From Bacteroidota bacterium (GTDB lineage Bacteria > Bacteroidota > Bacteroidia > Chitinophagales > Chitinophagaceae): a stretch of DNA of 64,000 bases. The stretch is from assembly GCA_041176305.1 (NCBI GenBank), contig JBEDDG010000004.1, forward strand, positions 5,452 through 69,451, written 5' to 3'. The position numbers were made by a program, and so were the translations under genes. The notes beneath the pieces were generated by a model. It was not told where the DNA came from. It saw only the letters and a list, made by a program, of their open reading frames with translations, and searched no databases. Shown piece by piece: positions 1-9,936 of the stretch (position 1 is the first letter of the stretch; each line of letters opens with the position of its first letter).

Positions 1-1
1 A

Positions 2-823
2 ACCAATAGATCTCACTATGTAATTGTAGATGGCGGAGATCAGCCAAATGTAGTGCCTAGTAAAGCGAGTGTTTGGTATTATTTTAGAGAGCGTACCTAT
101 GAGGATATTAAAATGAATTATGAGTCAGGTATAAAAATTGCAGAAGGAGCAGCCATGATGACGAATACCAAAGTGTCGCATCAAATTTTGGGAACAGCGT
201 GGCCAGGTCATTTTAATAAACCTCTTGCAGAAGCCATGTATGCCAATATTAAAAAAGTAGGCATGCCAGTATGGGATGATAAGGATATAGCTTTAGCAAA
301 AGGTGTACAAAAATTAGTGGATGCGCCAAAAAAAGACCAACAAGGTAATCCAATTGATGGTTTAAGATCTAGTATTGATAGCCTGAAAGGTTCCGTTACT
401 TTTTCTTGGGGTGGCGGGTCCGATGACATAGCAGATATTTCTTGGAACGTACCAACCATCGTGTTAAGGTACCCAGCGAATATTCCAGGTACCAAAGGAC
501 ATCATTGGGCAGATGCGATTGCCATGGCAACACCAATTGCACACAAAGGTTCTTTAGTGGGTGCAGAAGCCACTGCAATGACTTTATTAGATTTATTTAC
601 TAAACCTAATTTAGTAACAGATGCTAAAAAATATTTTAAAGAGGTACAAACTAAAGATGTGCAGTATATCCCATTCATTACAAAAAATGATCCTCCTGCA
701 ATTCACTTGAATAAAGAAATACAAGGCGCTTATAGACCGCAACTTGAAAAATTCTATTATGATCCAAGTAAGTTTAATACTTATCTAGAGCAATTGGGTA
801 TTACTTATCCTACGATTAAATAA
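2..823 (+). CDS. M20 amidohydrolase, AbgB-like (5' end outside window)
   Basis: Frame is open from position 2 (TNRSHYVIVDGGDQPNVVP...); GGSDDIADISWNVPT and HHW motifs typical of AbgB-type M20D enzymes. Confidence 0.8.
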   Translation, partial: TNRSHYVIVDGGDQPNVVPSKASVWYYFRERTYEDIKMNYESGIKIAEGAAMMTNTKVSHQILGTAWPGHFNKPLAEAMYANIKKVGMPVWDDKDIALAKGVQKLVDAPKKDQQGNPIDGLRSSIDSLKGSVTFSWGGGSDDIADISWNVPTIVLRYPANIPGTKGHHWADAIAMATPIAHKGSLVGAEATAMTLLDLFTKPNLVTDAKKYFKEVQTKDVQYIPFITKNDPPAIHLNKEIQGAYRPQLEKFYYDPSKFNTYLEQLGITYPTIK

Positions 824-838
824 ATAGAATCGTTGTGT

Positions 839-875
839 AAAAAAATAGGGCGCAAATTTTGCGCCCTATTTTTTT
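839..875. terminator. Bidirectional intrinsic terminator
   Basis: AAAAAAATAGGGCGC-AAATTTT-GCGCCCTATTTTTTT perfect inverted repeat between convergent genes. Confidence 0.85.
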
Positions 876-884
876 GAATAAAAT

Positions 885-2177
885 TTATGCTTGTCGAGCA
901 ATAGTGCCAATGGCTTCCACTAGTTTGTCTAAATCTTGTAGTCTCGTATACACATGTGGAGTAACTCTTACGCAGCTTACATTTTCCCAAACAATACCCA
1001 CCGTATGAATTTTATATTTTGAATACAAAGCACTGTCTAGTGCTCCAGGAGTCATCCCGTCGATACTTACGCCGCAAATACCACAAGCATATTCGGGCTT
1101 AAAGGAAGTGTGAATTTTTACTTTTGGTATTGTTACGACTTTACTTGCCCAATAATTTTTTAGAAAACGAATTCGTTCCTCTTTTCTTTTACTGCCAATG
1201 GCTGTATGAAAATTAATCGCTTCGCCAATACCTTGTTCTATTGGAAAACTTCTAGTGCCAAGGGTTTCAAATTTTCTAATGTCTGGCCCGTTGGGTAGGT
1301 CATTACATATGAGTGGCCAAATTTTTGAAATTCGATCTTTCTTAATCCATAACATACCCGAACCAATCGGTGCAGATAAAAATTTATGTAAGGATGTGCC
1401 AAAATAATCACAACCTAATTCAGGTACTTTAAAATCTAATAATCCAAAACTATGTGCGCCATCTACAATGGTTTCAATACCATATTTTTTTGCCAATGCA
1501 CATATTTTTTGAACAGGCATAATTTGTCCAATCCAATTGATCACATGTGTAATATGTATGATTTTAGTTTTGGGTGTGATTGCTTTTTCAAATGCATCAA
1601 TAATTTCATCGTCAATTTCAATTGGAAATTTAAAATTCAATTGCTTGTAAACGATGCCTTCTCGACTACTTCTTTGCTTCCATGCGTTGATCATATTTGG
1701 ATAGTCTTGTTGGGTACCAATTACTTCGTCCCCAGACTTTAAATTCAGTCCAAAAATCACGGTGTTCAATGCTTCTGTTGCGTTTCTATTGATAGCAACC
1801 TCTTCTGGATCTGCACCCGCAAGTTGGGCTAATTTATACCTAAGTGGCTCTCTGCCTTGGTCTAGAATTCGCCACATAAAATAGGAAGGGCCTTCATTAG
1901 ATAATTTATTAAAACGCTCTACCGCTTCTTGAACAATTCTTGGGCTTGGACTAACTCCTCCATTGTTTAAATTAATCATGTTTGGGCTAGCGGTATAGCC
2001 TTGTTGAATCACGGACCAATAATCTTCGTCTGCTGCAATTTCTAAGGGAGATAGATGTTGCTTTTGAAGCTGAATGTCTTGAAAGGAGGCTGCGTGTAAT
2101 TCCTGAAACAAACTATTTGCCGAAAATGCACCAGCGGCCAATCCGATTTTTTGAATAAAATTTCTACGATTTGCCAT
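885..2177 (-). CDS. Class V PLP-dependent aminotransferase (cysteine desulfurase/isopenicillin N epimerase-like) with Tat signal
   Basis: NRRNFIQK twin-arginine leader; LNNGG, VDGAHS and SLHK (PLP lysine) motifs. Confidence 0.85.
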   Translation of the reverse strand: MANRRNFIQKIGLAAGAFSANSLFQELHAASFQDIQLQKQHLSPLEIAADEDYWSVIQQGYTASPNMINLNNGGVSPSPRIVQEAVERFNKLSNEGPSYFMWRILDQGREPLRYKLAQLAGADPEEVAINRNATEALNTVIFGLNLKSGDEVIGTQQDYPNMINAWKQRSSREGIVYKQLNFKFPIEIDDEIIDAFEKAITPKTKIIHITHVINWIGQIMPVQKICALAKKYGIETIVDGAHSFGLLDFKVPELGCDYFGTSLHKFLSAPIGSGMLWIKKDRISKIWPLICNDLPNGPDIRKFETLGTRSFPIEQGIGEAINFHTAIGSKRKEERIRFLKNYWASKVVTIPKVKIHTSFKPEYACGICGVSIDGMTPGALDSALYSKYKIHTVGIVWENVSCVRVTPHVYTRLQDLDKLVEAIGTIARQA

Positions 2178-2256
2178 GGACCTATTTTATAAACAGTAAG
2201 TTAAAAAATAATCCAATAAAAACTGTATCAATTTATGAATAGGAGCAACCTCCTAA

Positions 2257-2625
2257 TTAACAATCTATAATGGGCTCTAAATTCATAGACTCTTCTTCTG
2301 TAAATAACTTTGAATGTACCATAAACCTATAACCTAATGGTATCTCTAATGAAAAACTTGAGCCTCTTCCAGGCGAAATATCTATTGTAAGTTGAGTGTG
2401 TTGCCAATAAGTATATTGGTCTCTACTCATATAAAAACCACAACCTTCAATTTCACCTAATTGTATATCACTACTTCCTAATTTAAATTCACCTGCTTCA
2501 AAACACATCGGTTGAGAACCATCGCAACATCCTCCACTTTGATGGAACATCAATGGACCATGTTTTTGCTTTAAGGTTTCTATCAATTTTGCAGCGGCTT
2601 CTGTAACCAGCACTCTTTTTGTCAT
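2257..2625 (-). CDS. DUF779 family protein (aldehyde dehydrogenase-associated)
   Basis: HQSGGCCDGSQPMC and GRGSSFSLE motifs; directly downstream of aldB-type gene. Confidence 0.85.
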   Translation of the reverse strand: MTKRVLVTEAAAKLIETLKQKHGPLMFHQSGGCCDGSQPMCFEAGEFKLGSSDIQLGEIEGCGFYMSRDQYTYWQHTQLTIDISPGRGSSFSLEIPLGYRFMVHSKLFTEEESMNLEPIIDC

Positions 2626-2641
2626 AATTGTTTATTTGTAT

Positions 2642-2677
2642 AAAACAAAGGACCTTCAAAAATAGGAAGGCCCTTTG
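2642..2677 (-). terminator. Intrinsic terminator/attenuator after aldehyde dehydrogenase
   Basis: Minus strand CAAAGGGCCTTC-N8-GAAGGTCCTTTG followed by TTTT. Confidence 0.6.
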
Positions 2678-2700
2678 CTTATTAAAATTAGAAATTTCTA

Positions 2701-4206
2701 CTAAAAAAAGCCTAATTTATTTTTATCATAAGAGATCAACATATTTTTTGTTTGTCTGTAATGACTCAACATCATTTTATGTGTTTCTCTACCGAATCCA
2801 GATTTTTTGTACCCACCAAATGGCGCATGTGCAGGATATGCATGGTAACAGTTTACCCAAACACGACCTGCCTGAATACCTCTAGGTACTTGGTATAATT
2901 CATGTGCATCTCTAGTCCAAACACCAGCACCTAAACCATATAAAGTGTCGTTTGCAATCGCCAATGCCTCTTCTGTCGTTTTGAAAGTAGTTACACTAGT
3001 TACTGGTCCAAAAATTTCTTCTTGAAAAATACGCATTTTGTTATGGCCTTTAAATATAGTTGGTTGAATATAATAGCCACCTCCTAATTCACCCTCTAAT
3101 TTATTAGCAGCACCTCCGCATAATACTTCTGCACCTTCTTCTTTACCAATTTTTAAATATGATAAAATCTTTTCATATTGATCGTTAGAGGCTTGTGCAC
3201 CCATCATTACAGAACCATCTAAAGGATGTCCTACTTTGATTGCGTTTGTTCTTTCTATTACACGCTTCATGAATTTTTCATAAATATTTTCGTGCACTAA
3301 AATTCTTGAGGGGCAAGTACAAACCTCACCTTGGTTCAAGGCAAACATAACTGCACCTTCAACTGCTTTGTCAAAGAATTCATCGTCTGCATCTCCTACA
3401 GATTCAAAGAATATATTTGGCGACTTACCACCTAACTCCATCGTAACAGGAATTAAATTTTCTGATGCATATTGCATAATTAATCGACCTGTAGTGGTTT
3501 CGCCTGTAAATGAAACTTTAGCTATTCTTGATGAAGTGGCTAATGGCTTTCCCGCCTCAGGACCAAAACCTGTCACTACGTTTAACACACCTGCTGGTAA
3601 AATATCTGCAATTAATTCTAAGAAACACATAATCGATGTAGGTGTTTGCTCTGCTGGTTTTACAACAGTACAACATCCTGATGCCAATGCTGGCGCTATT
3701 TTCCATGTAGCCATTAACAATGGGAAGTTCCATGGAATAATTTGACCTACTACACCAATAGGCTCATGTAACACAATACTTACTGTAGTTTCATCATGTT
3801 CAGCAATGGTGCCTTCCTCGCCTCTAATCACGCCAGCAAAATAACGGAAATGGTCAATACATAAGGGTAAATCAGCAGCACGTGTTTCTCTTAATGCTTT
3901 ACCATTGTCGATTGTCTCAACGGTTGCTAAATACTCTAAGTTATCTTCCATCACTTGCGCAATCTTTAATAATAAATTGCTACGGTAAGTTGGAGAAGTT
4001 TTGCTCCAAGTTACAAATGCTTTTTCTGCGGCATCTATAGCCAAATCAATATCTTCTTTGCCAGATCGAGCAGCTTTGGTGAAGACTTTACCATCAATCG
4101 GTGAAACATTATCAAAATATTCACCTTTTACAGGAGGGACAAATTTACCTCCAATGAAGTTGTCGTACTTGTCTTTAAAAGTAGGACGTGATACAATTGT
4201 TGACAT
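2701..4206 (-). CDS. aldB: Aldehyde (acetaldehyde) dehydrogenase, AldB/ExaC type
   Basis: [25 protein letters not shown] catalytic Cys, [16 protein letters not shown]. Confidence 0.9.
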   Translation of the reverse strand: MSTIVSRPTFKDKYDNFIGGKFVPPVKGEYFDNVSPIDGKVFTKAARSGKEDIDLAIDAAEKAFVTWSKTSPTYRSNLLLKIAQVMEDNLEYLATVETIDNGKALRETRAADLPLCIDHFRYFAGVIRGEEGTIAEHDETTVSIVLHEPIGVVGQIIPWNFPLLMATWKIAPALASGCCTVVKPAEQTPTSIMCFLELIADILPAGVLNVVTGFGPEAGKPLATSSRIAKVSFTGETTTGRLIMQYASENLIPVTMELGGKSPNIFFESVGDADDEFFDKAVEGAVMFALNQGEVCTCPSRILVHENIYEKFMKRVIERTNAIKVGHPLDGSVMMGAQASNDQYEKILSYLKIGKEEGAEVLCGGAANKLEGELGGGYYIQPTIFKGHNKMRIFQEEIFGPVTSVTTFKTTEEALAIANDTLYGLGAGVWTRDAHELYQVPRGIQAGRVWVNCYHAYPAHAPFGGYKKSGFGRETHKMMLSHYRQTKNMLISYDKNKLGFF

Positions 4207-4350
4207 AGCTTTTATCGTTTTAGGATGTAATAGTATTTAGTTTTGTTTAAAAATTATAGTATATTTAAGTCAGTTTATAGCACAAAATTGACATCGATAG
4301 GCTGTTATAAATTATAATCTATTGTGATTCAATATTTTAAAGCTTGACCG

Positions 4351-5292
4351 ATGGGGCAGACCAGACCACTTAATCCAGTAAGCCTAACCCGAGAGAAGTC
4401 TTTAAAGACTTTGGTAGAAAATAGGACGGCCTATACATTGGAAAAATGTGAACTCAATGTTTTTGAGACACACCAAGCTACCGCCTCTGTTCCACTTACT
4501 TTTAATGATTTTGTAGTGACCTCTATGTTAAGGGGTAAAAAGGTCATGCATCTATTTGATCAACCAGGTTTTGATTATTTACCAGGTGAAACAGTCTTGG
4601 TCCCAGGGGGTGTTACTATGAATATTGATTTCCCAGAAGCTACGAAAGACAATCCTACACAGTGTATAGCGCTGGCAATCGATCATCAAAAAATTGAAAA
4701 CACTTTATCTTTTTTAAACGACAAGTACCCTCGCATGGGGGATGACTATTGGAATTTTAGTAAAAACAATTACCATTTTCAAAATAGCATTGAGATTGCT
4801 AATTTGTTGAATAAGATCATTCATATCTGTTCAAGTAGCTTGCCCCTTAAAGACGTATTAGCTGATTTGAATTTACAAGAACTCATTGTCAATATAATTC
4901 AATCACAAAACAGACTTGACCTAGATCAATTAAGTGAGACCAAAAGCAATACAAATGCAAGCCCTTTGGCCTATATTACTGGTTTTATTAAAGCCAATAT
5001 CAATGAAGATATCAAGTTAGGTGTTCTTAGTGAAAAAGCTTGTATGAGTAAGGCTACGTTTTATAGGTCGTTTAAAAAAGAATATGGCATCAGCCCTTTG
5101 GAATATATTATTTCAGAAAAAATCAAGTTGGCAAAAAAATTATTAGCCGATCCAAAGAATACCCTTAAGTCTGTTGCATTTGAATGCGGCTTCCATGATG
5201 TCAATTATTTTGTCCGTTTGTTTAAGAAGATGGAATCCATAACCCCTGGCCAATACCAACAACTTCTATTTGGCACTGCCAGAAAGGCTTAG
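4351..5292 (+). CDS. AraC family transcriptional regulator
   Basis: C-terminal double HTH (VAFECGFHDVNYFVRLFKK...TPGQY); divergent from aldB. Confidence 0.9.
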   Translation: MGQTRPLNPVSLTREKSLKTLVENRTAYTLEKCELNVFETHQATASVPLTFNDFVVTSMLRGKKVMHLFDQPGFDYLPGETVLVPGGVTMNIDFPEATKDNPTQCIALAIDHQKIENTLSFLNDKYPRMGDDYWNFSKNNYHFQNSIEIANLLNKIIHICSSSLPLKDVLADLNLQELIVNIIQSQNRLDLDQLSETKSNTNASPLAYITGFIKANINEDIKLGVLSEKACMSKATFYRSFKKEYGISPLEYIISEKIKLAKKLLADPKNTLKSVAFECGFHDVNYFVRLFKKMESITPGQYQQLLFGTARKA

Positions 5293-5390
5293 GCCTGAAT
5301 TGTCGAATGATTATTCTATATTTATAGGGGTATTAACCTGTCTAATTTTTGTACATTAGATGCCTAATTAAATTTTAAAATTTGCCTATT

Positions 5391-7349
5391 ATGAAGCAAT
5401 GTCTCTTTTTTGTTTTGATTTTTGGTTTTATATCTACCAAAGTAGTCGCTCAGGTTCCAGAAGATGTTTATAAAATGGAGTCCGTGGCTAGACCCAAGGT
5501 CTCACCCGAAGGAAAGTGGATCTTATACAGTCAATCTAAAATTGATATTGCAAAAGATAAAGCAGTTTCTAAATTATACATGATGTCTTCCGATGGCAAA
5601 GAGACTATCACTTTAACTGAACAAACAAAAGGGGTAGGCAATTACCAATGGAGTCCTGATGGAAAGTACATTTCTTATTTATCAAAGGGTAAGGACGAGG
5701 ACAATGGCTCCCAATTGTTTTTGATGGATCGTAGAGGTGGAGAAGGCATTCAATTTTCTGATATCAAAGGAGAGATAGAAGATTATACATGGTTTAATAG
5801 CGGCAAAAAGTTGATCATGGTGGTGAAAGATTTTAATTATGCAGATACGGCGAAATCAAAAGTGAGGGTGCCTTACGAAATCAATCGATATAAGTTCAAA
5901 GAAGATTACGAAGGTTATTTAGACAATCGAAAAACGCATTTATATGTTTTTGATCTTAGTACCAAAAAGTTAGATACTTTAACAAAAGGAAACTATAACG
6001 AATCTGGCGTGGCGATTAGTTCAGATGATTCTATGATTGTATATACAAGCAATATAACCTCTAATCCGGATAAAAATTCGAATACAGATTTATTTTTGTT
6101 AACGCTCTCAAATCCAGCAAAGCCCACTCAAATAACCACTTATAAAGGGGCAAACAATAATCCTGTATTTAGTCCAGACAACACCAAGATTGCTTTTTTG
6201 CAATCAAGCTCTGAAAGAAATTACGACATGTACGATATTACCCAATTGGGTATCTATGATCTAAAAACAAAAACAGCATCGATTGTTTCCAAAAATTATG
6301 ATCGCGCTTTTTCTTCCATTTTTTGGACTAGAGATGGTCAATCTATTTTGTCTTTAATTGAAGACGACAGAAAACAAAATTTAGTAGCATTTAATATTCA
6401 AACACAAAAGGCTAGTTTATTAACCAATGACATGGGTGTCTATAGCTCCATGGATATGAATGATAAAGGGGATCTTGTATTGTTGTATAGTGATTTAGAA
6501 ACACCGAATGAAATTTATAGTTTTCAAAATTCAACCACCAAACGCCTTACACATTTACAAGATCGTTTTGTAACTCAATTTAAAAAAGGCTACCATAAAG
6601 GTTTTCAGTCAGTATCTGCGGACGGCACTTTGGTATCTGGCGTCCTACACTTGCCAGATAGTAACGCAAAAAAATTACCATTAATTTTATTTATACATGG
6701 AGGTCCTGTGGCACAAGATGACTATTCATTTGACATGACGTCAAGAATTTACGCCCAAGCTGGCTATGCGGTTGCCACCGTAAATTATAGGGGCAGTAGC
6801 GGTCGAGGTGTCGCTTTTACCAATGCGATTTATGGAGATTGGGGTAATAAAGAAGTAGTAGATATCATTGGCGCTGCTGATTATTTAATCAAAGAAGGTA
6901 TTGCAGATCCAAACAGACTAGGCATAGCAGGTTGGAGCTATGGGGGTATCTTATCTAACTATACGATAGCTACAGATAAAAGATTTAAAGCTGCTGTAAG
7001 TGGAGCAGGTAGTTCATTAATGATGTCTGTCTATGGATCGGATCAATATATTGCACAATACGAAGAAGAAATTGGCAAGCCTTGGGAGAACCCCAAAAAA
7101 TGGGAGGCTTTGTCTTATCCATTCTATAAAGTAAAAGAGATTAAAGCACCAACTTTGTTTATGGCAAGTCAGGCTGACTTTAATGTGCCAGTCATTGGAG
7201 CCGAGCAAATGTACCAAGCATTTAAATCAGAAGGCATTCCAACAGAGTTGATTATTTATCCAAATCAAAATCACGGTATTCGTGTACCAAGTTATATTGT
7301 ACATCGTCATCATGCACATATCAATTGGTTTAATAAATATTTAAAATGA
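5391..7349 (+). CDS. Secreted S9 family peptidase (acylaminoacyl peptidase-like)
   Basis: Signal peptide from ATG 5391; beta-propeller SPDG repeats; HGGP and GWSYGG nucleophile motif, Asp and His of the triad. Confidence 0.9.
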   Translation: MKQCLFFVLIFGFISTKVVAQVPEDVYKMESVARPKVSPEGKWILYSQSKIDIAKDKAVSKLYMMSSDGKETITLTEQTKGVGNYQWSPDGKYISYLSKGKDEDNGSQLFLMDRRGGEGIQFSDIKGEIEDYTWFNSGKKLIMVVKDFNYADTAKSKVRVPYEINRYKFKEDYEGYLDNRKTHLYVFDLSTKKLDTLTKGNYNESGVAISSDDSMIVYTSNITSNPDKNSNTDLFLLTLSNPAKPTQITTYKGANNNPVFSPDNTKIAFLQSSSERNYDMYDITQLGIYDLKTKTASIVSKNYDRAFSSIFWTRDGQSILSLIEDDRKQNLVAFNIQTQKASLLTNDMGVYSSMDMNDKGDLVLLYSDLETPNEIYSFQNSTTKRLTHLQDRFVTQFKKGYHKGFQSVSADGTLVSGVLHLPDSNAKKLPLILFIHGGPVAQDDYSFDMTSRIYAQAGYAVATVNYRGSSGRGVAFTNAIYGDWGNKEVVDIIGAADYLIKEGIADPNRLGIAGWSYGGILSNYTIATDKRFKAAVSGAGSSLMMSVYGSDQYIAQYEEEIGKPWENPKKWEALSYPFYKVKEIKAPTLFMASQADFNVPVIGAEQMYQAFKSEGIPTELIIYPNQNHGIRVPSYIVHRHHAHINWFNKYLK

Positions 7350-8119
7350 AAATAATCCTTACTTGGATTTGTTTTATAGGAGTTATTGCCGTGAATGCAT
7401 TGGCTAATATTTTACCCATCAATGGATATAATACTGGCCAGATTTCCGCATTCTATCCTAATGCTTTTGTACCTGCCGGATTTACATTTTCTATTTGGGG
7501 CGTCATTTATACTTTGTTATTGACGTATACCATTGCGTATACATTTTATACAATGCAACGCAATGCTCCAAAGTCAGTGATTGAATTTATAGATAAAGTA
7601 CACCCATTTTATTTATTGACCTGTGTATTGAATATGGCATGGATCATTGCTTGGCATTATTTACAGATTGAGGTGTCGGTTCTCATTATGTACTTGTTTT
7701 TAATAACCCTTATACAATTGTTTTTAAAGAGCAGGCCAGCCTTTAACTTGTTAACGAATACGCAACAATTTTTATTGAATACACCGTTTATGGTTTACCT
7801 AGGCTGGATTGCAGTAGCTACTATAGCGAACAGCACCGCTTTATTGGTGGCTTACCAATGGAGTGGATTCGGCATCGATCCGGTATACTGGAGCGCCACC
7901 ATGATTGGCATTGCCAGCTTTATTGGCATTGTATTTATTAGAAAATACAAATCAAATGCTTTTTCTGTTGTTTTGATCTGGGCATTTATTGGTATTCATG
8001 TAAGTCAAGGCAAAACTTACCCTTTGCTTTTTTCGGTCACTATAGTTGCAATTCTATATTTGTTTTTAATGATAACAATCACCCTATATTATAGTTTTAA
8101 AAAAAATAAAATTGCGTAA
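7346..8119 (+). CDS. TspO/MBR-like tryptophan-rich membrane protein
   Basis: Multiple TM helices; PAGFTFSIWGVIY and LNMAWIIAW motifs; 4-nt overlap with upstream gene. Confidence 0.6.
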   Translation: MKIILTWICFIGVIAVNALANILPINGYNTGQISAFYPNAFVPAGFTFSIWGVIYTLLLTYTIAYTFYTMQRNAPKSVIEFIDKVHPFYLLTCVLNMAWIIAWHYLQIEVSVLIMYLFLITLIQLFLKSRPAFNLLTNTQQFLLNTPFMVYLGWIAVATIANSTALLVAYQWSGFGIDPVYWSATMIGIASFIGIVFIRKYKSNAFSVVLIWAFIGIHVSQGKTYPLLFSVTIVAILYLFLMITITLYYSFKKNKIA

Positions 8120-8127
8120 ATTGCAGT

Positions 8128-8763
8128 ATGATCACAAAACAAGAATTAAAATCCTTTTTCCCAAATTTAGAGGATGGCTTATACGATGCAATTTTAGAAA
8201 ATGCTGAAATCAAAGAAGTGCCAGCTGGCACACCACTATTAAAAGTGGGACAAAATATTCGTTCAACCATGATGGTGATTGAGGGCACTGTGAAGTTGTA
8301 TCAAGAAGATGAAGAGGGAGATGAATACTTTATGTATTATATCTCACCAGGCCAAGCCTGTGCGGTATCGATGGTCTGTAGTTTCCAAAGCGAACAAAGC
8401 CAAGTGTTGGCAAAAGCAATGACAGATGTGACTTTGATCTCTATTCCTATTAAATTCATGGATAAGTGGTTAAGTGAATTTAAGAGTTGGCACTACTTTG
8501 TAATTAAGACCTATCGTACAAGGTATGAGGAGTTGTTGAAAACAGTCAACGAAGTTGCTTTTAAAAATATGGACGAAAGGCTAGAATTTTATTTAAAAAA
8601 GCAGGTGGATAAGTTTGGGAATACCATTAAGTTAACCCACCAAGAAATTGCGTCTGATTTAAATAGTTCTAGAGAAGTGATTAGTCGCTTAATGAAGAAG
8701 ATGGAAAAAAACGGCTGGATTGTTTTACATCGAAATAGTTTTGAGTGGGTTAAAAATAATTAA
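8128..8763 (+). CDS. Crp/Fnr family transcriptional regulator
   Basis: cNMP-like N-domain plus HTH LTHQEIASDLNSSREVISR; only two Cys (C78, C84). Confidence 0.9.
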   Translation: MITKQELKSFFPNLEDGLYDAILENAEIKEVPAGTPLLKVGQNIRSTMMVIEGTVKLYQEDEEGDEYFMYYISPGQACAVSMVCSFQSEQSQVLAKAMTDVTLISIPIKFMDKWLSEFKSWHYFVIKTYRTRYEELLKTVNEVAFKNMDERLEFYLKKQVDKFGNTIKLTHQEIASDLNSSREVISRLMKKMEKNGWIVLHRNSFEWVKNN

Positions 8764-8786
8764 CAGAAAATTCAATTGTAGTATAT

Positions 8787-8817
8787 AAAAAAGGCCTCGA
8801 AATTCGAGGCCTTTTTT
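8787..8817. terminator. Bidirectional intrinsic terminator
   Basis: AAAAAAGGCCTCG-AAATT-CGAGGCCTTTTTT between convergent crp and yeeE genes. Confidence 0.85.
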
Positions 8818-8861
8818 ATTGAAAGTACATATCAAAATGCACCTGTATGTCAATTTGTATT

Positions 8862-9347
8862 TTAGTGAGGTAATTTTTCTCTTAAAAGACCATAGGTCCA
8901 AGTGCCAGCAATGGCGCTTAAGATCACCACTAATACTGCATAGAACCCGGCACCAATATGTGCAAACAATGGTCCAGGACAAGCACCTGTTATTGCCCAG
9001 CCTAAACCAAACATTAAGCCACCATAAATTTGTCCCTTGTTGAATTCTTTATCCGCAATTTTGATTACTTCTCCATGAATCGTTTTGACCTTGAATTTTT
9101 TGATCAAGAATACCGAGATGGCGCCTACCACAACTGCAGTGCCTATTACACCATACATATGGAAGCTTTGTAAACGAAACATTTCTTGAATTCTGAACCA
9201 AGAAATAATCTCTGCTTTTACAAATACAATTCCAAATAATATACCCACTATGGTATACTTTAAATTATACCAACCTGGGTGTTGTTGTTCAGATGAATTC
9301 ACACATGCTGTGTTATTATCTATATTTTGTACTTTTTCGTAGTTCAT
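8862..9347 (-). CDS. YeeE/YedE family sulfur transporter half (DUF6691/PmpB-like)
   Basis: Four TM helices; GGLMFGLGWAITGACPGP motif. Confidence 0.85.
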   Translation of the reverse strand: MNYEKVQNIDNNTACVNSSEQQHPGWYNLKYTIVGILFGIVFVKAEIISWFRIQEMFRLQSFHMYGVIGTAVVVGAISVFLIKKFKVKTIHGEVIKIADKEFNKGQIYGGLMFGLGWAITGACPGPLFAHIGAGFYAVLVVILSAIAGTWTYGLLREKLPH

Positions 9348-9357
9348 TTTTTAATTT

Positions 9358-9921
9358 TTATAAGGATAAAATCCAAGGTAAAATAATGTTTGCCATAAAG
9401 AATCCTCCTGCCATAAAGCAAATCGTAGCAACAAGAGAAGGCCATTGTAAATTACTTAAGCCCATGATAGAATGACCAGAAGTACAACCTCCTGCATACC
9501 TAGTACCAAATCCAACTAAGAAACCACCAACCACCATCATAACAAAGCCACGTAGGGTGAATAAGGCTTCGAAACTGAATAATTCAGCTGGTAGCATGTT
9601 ATCGTAATTGCTAATACCATATTGCGCTAATTCTGTTTGTAAAGCAGGGTTTACTTCAATTGGCGCGTTGGTCATTAAATAATGGTTGGCTAAAAATGCG
9701 CCTAAGAAAATACCCCCTACAAAAAAGAAATTCCAGATTTCTTTTTTCCAGTCATATTTAAAAAACTTGATGTCTGCTGGAAAACATGCAGCGCATACAT
9801 GCCTTAAATTAGAGGAGATGCCGAAAGATTTATTACCTAAAATAAGTAATGCTGGCACAATTAAACCGATGATAATACCGGCAACATACCATGGCCAAGG
9901 TTGTTGAATTTGTTCGATCAT
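9358..9921 (-). CDS. YeeE/YedE family sulfur transporter half (PmpA-like)
   Basis: [19 protein letters not shown] motif; GISS in the first loop. Confidence 0.85.
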   Translation of the reverse strand: MIEQIQQPWPWYVAGIIIGLIVPALLILGNKSFGISSNLRHVCAACFPADIKFFKYDWKKEIWNFFFVGGIFLGAFLANHYLMTNAPIEVNPALQTELAQYGISNYDNMLPAELFSFEALFTLRGFVMMVVGGFLVGFGTRYAGGCTSGHSIMGLSNLQWPSLVATICFMAGGFFMANIILPWILSL

Positions 9922-9936
9922 GTTGATTGGTTTTTT

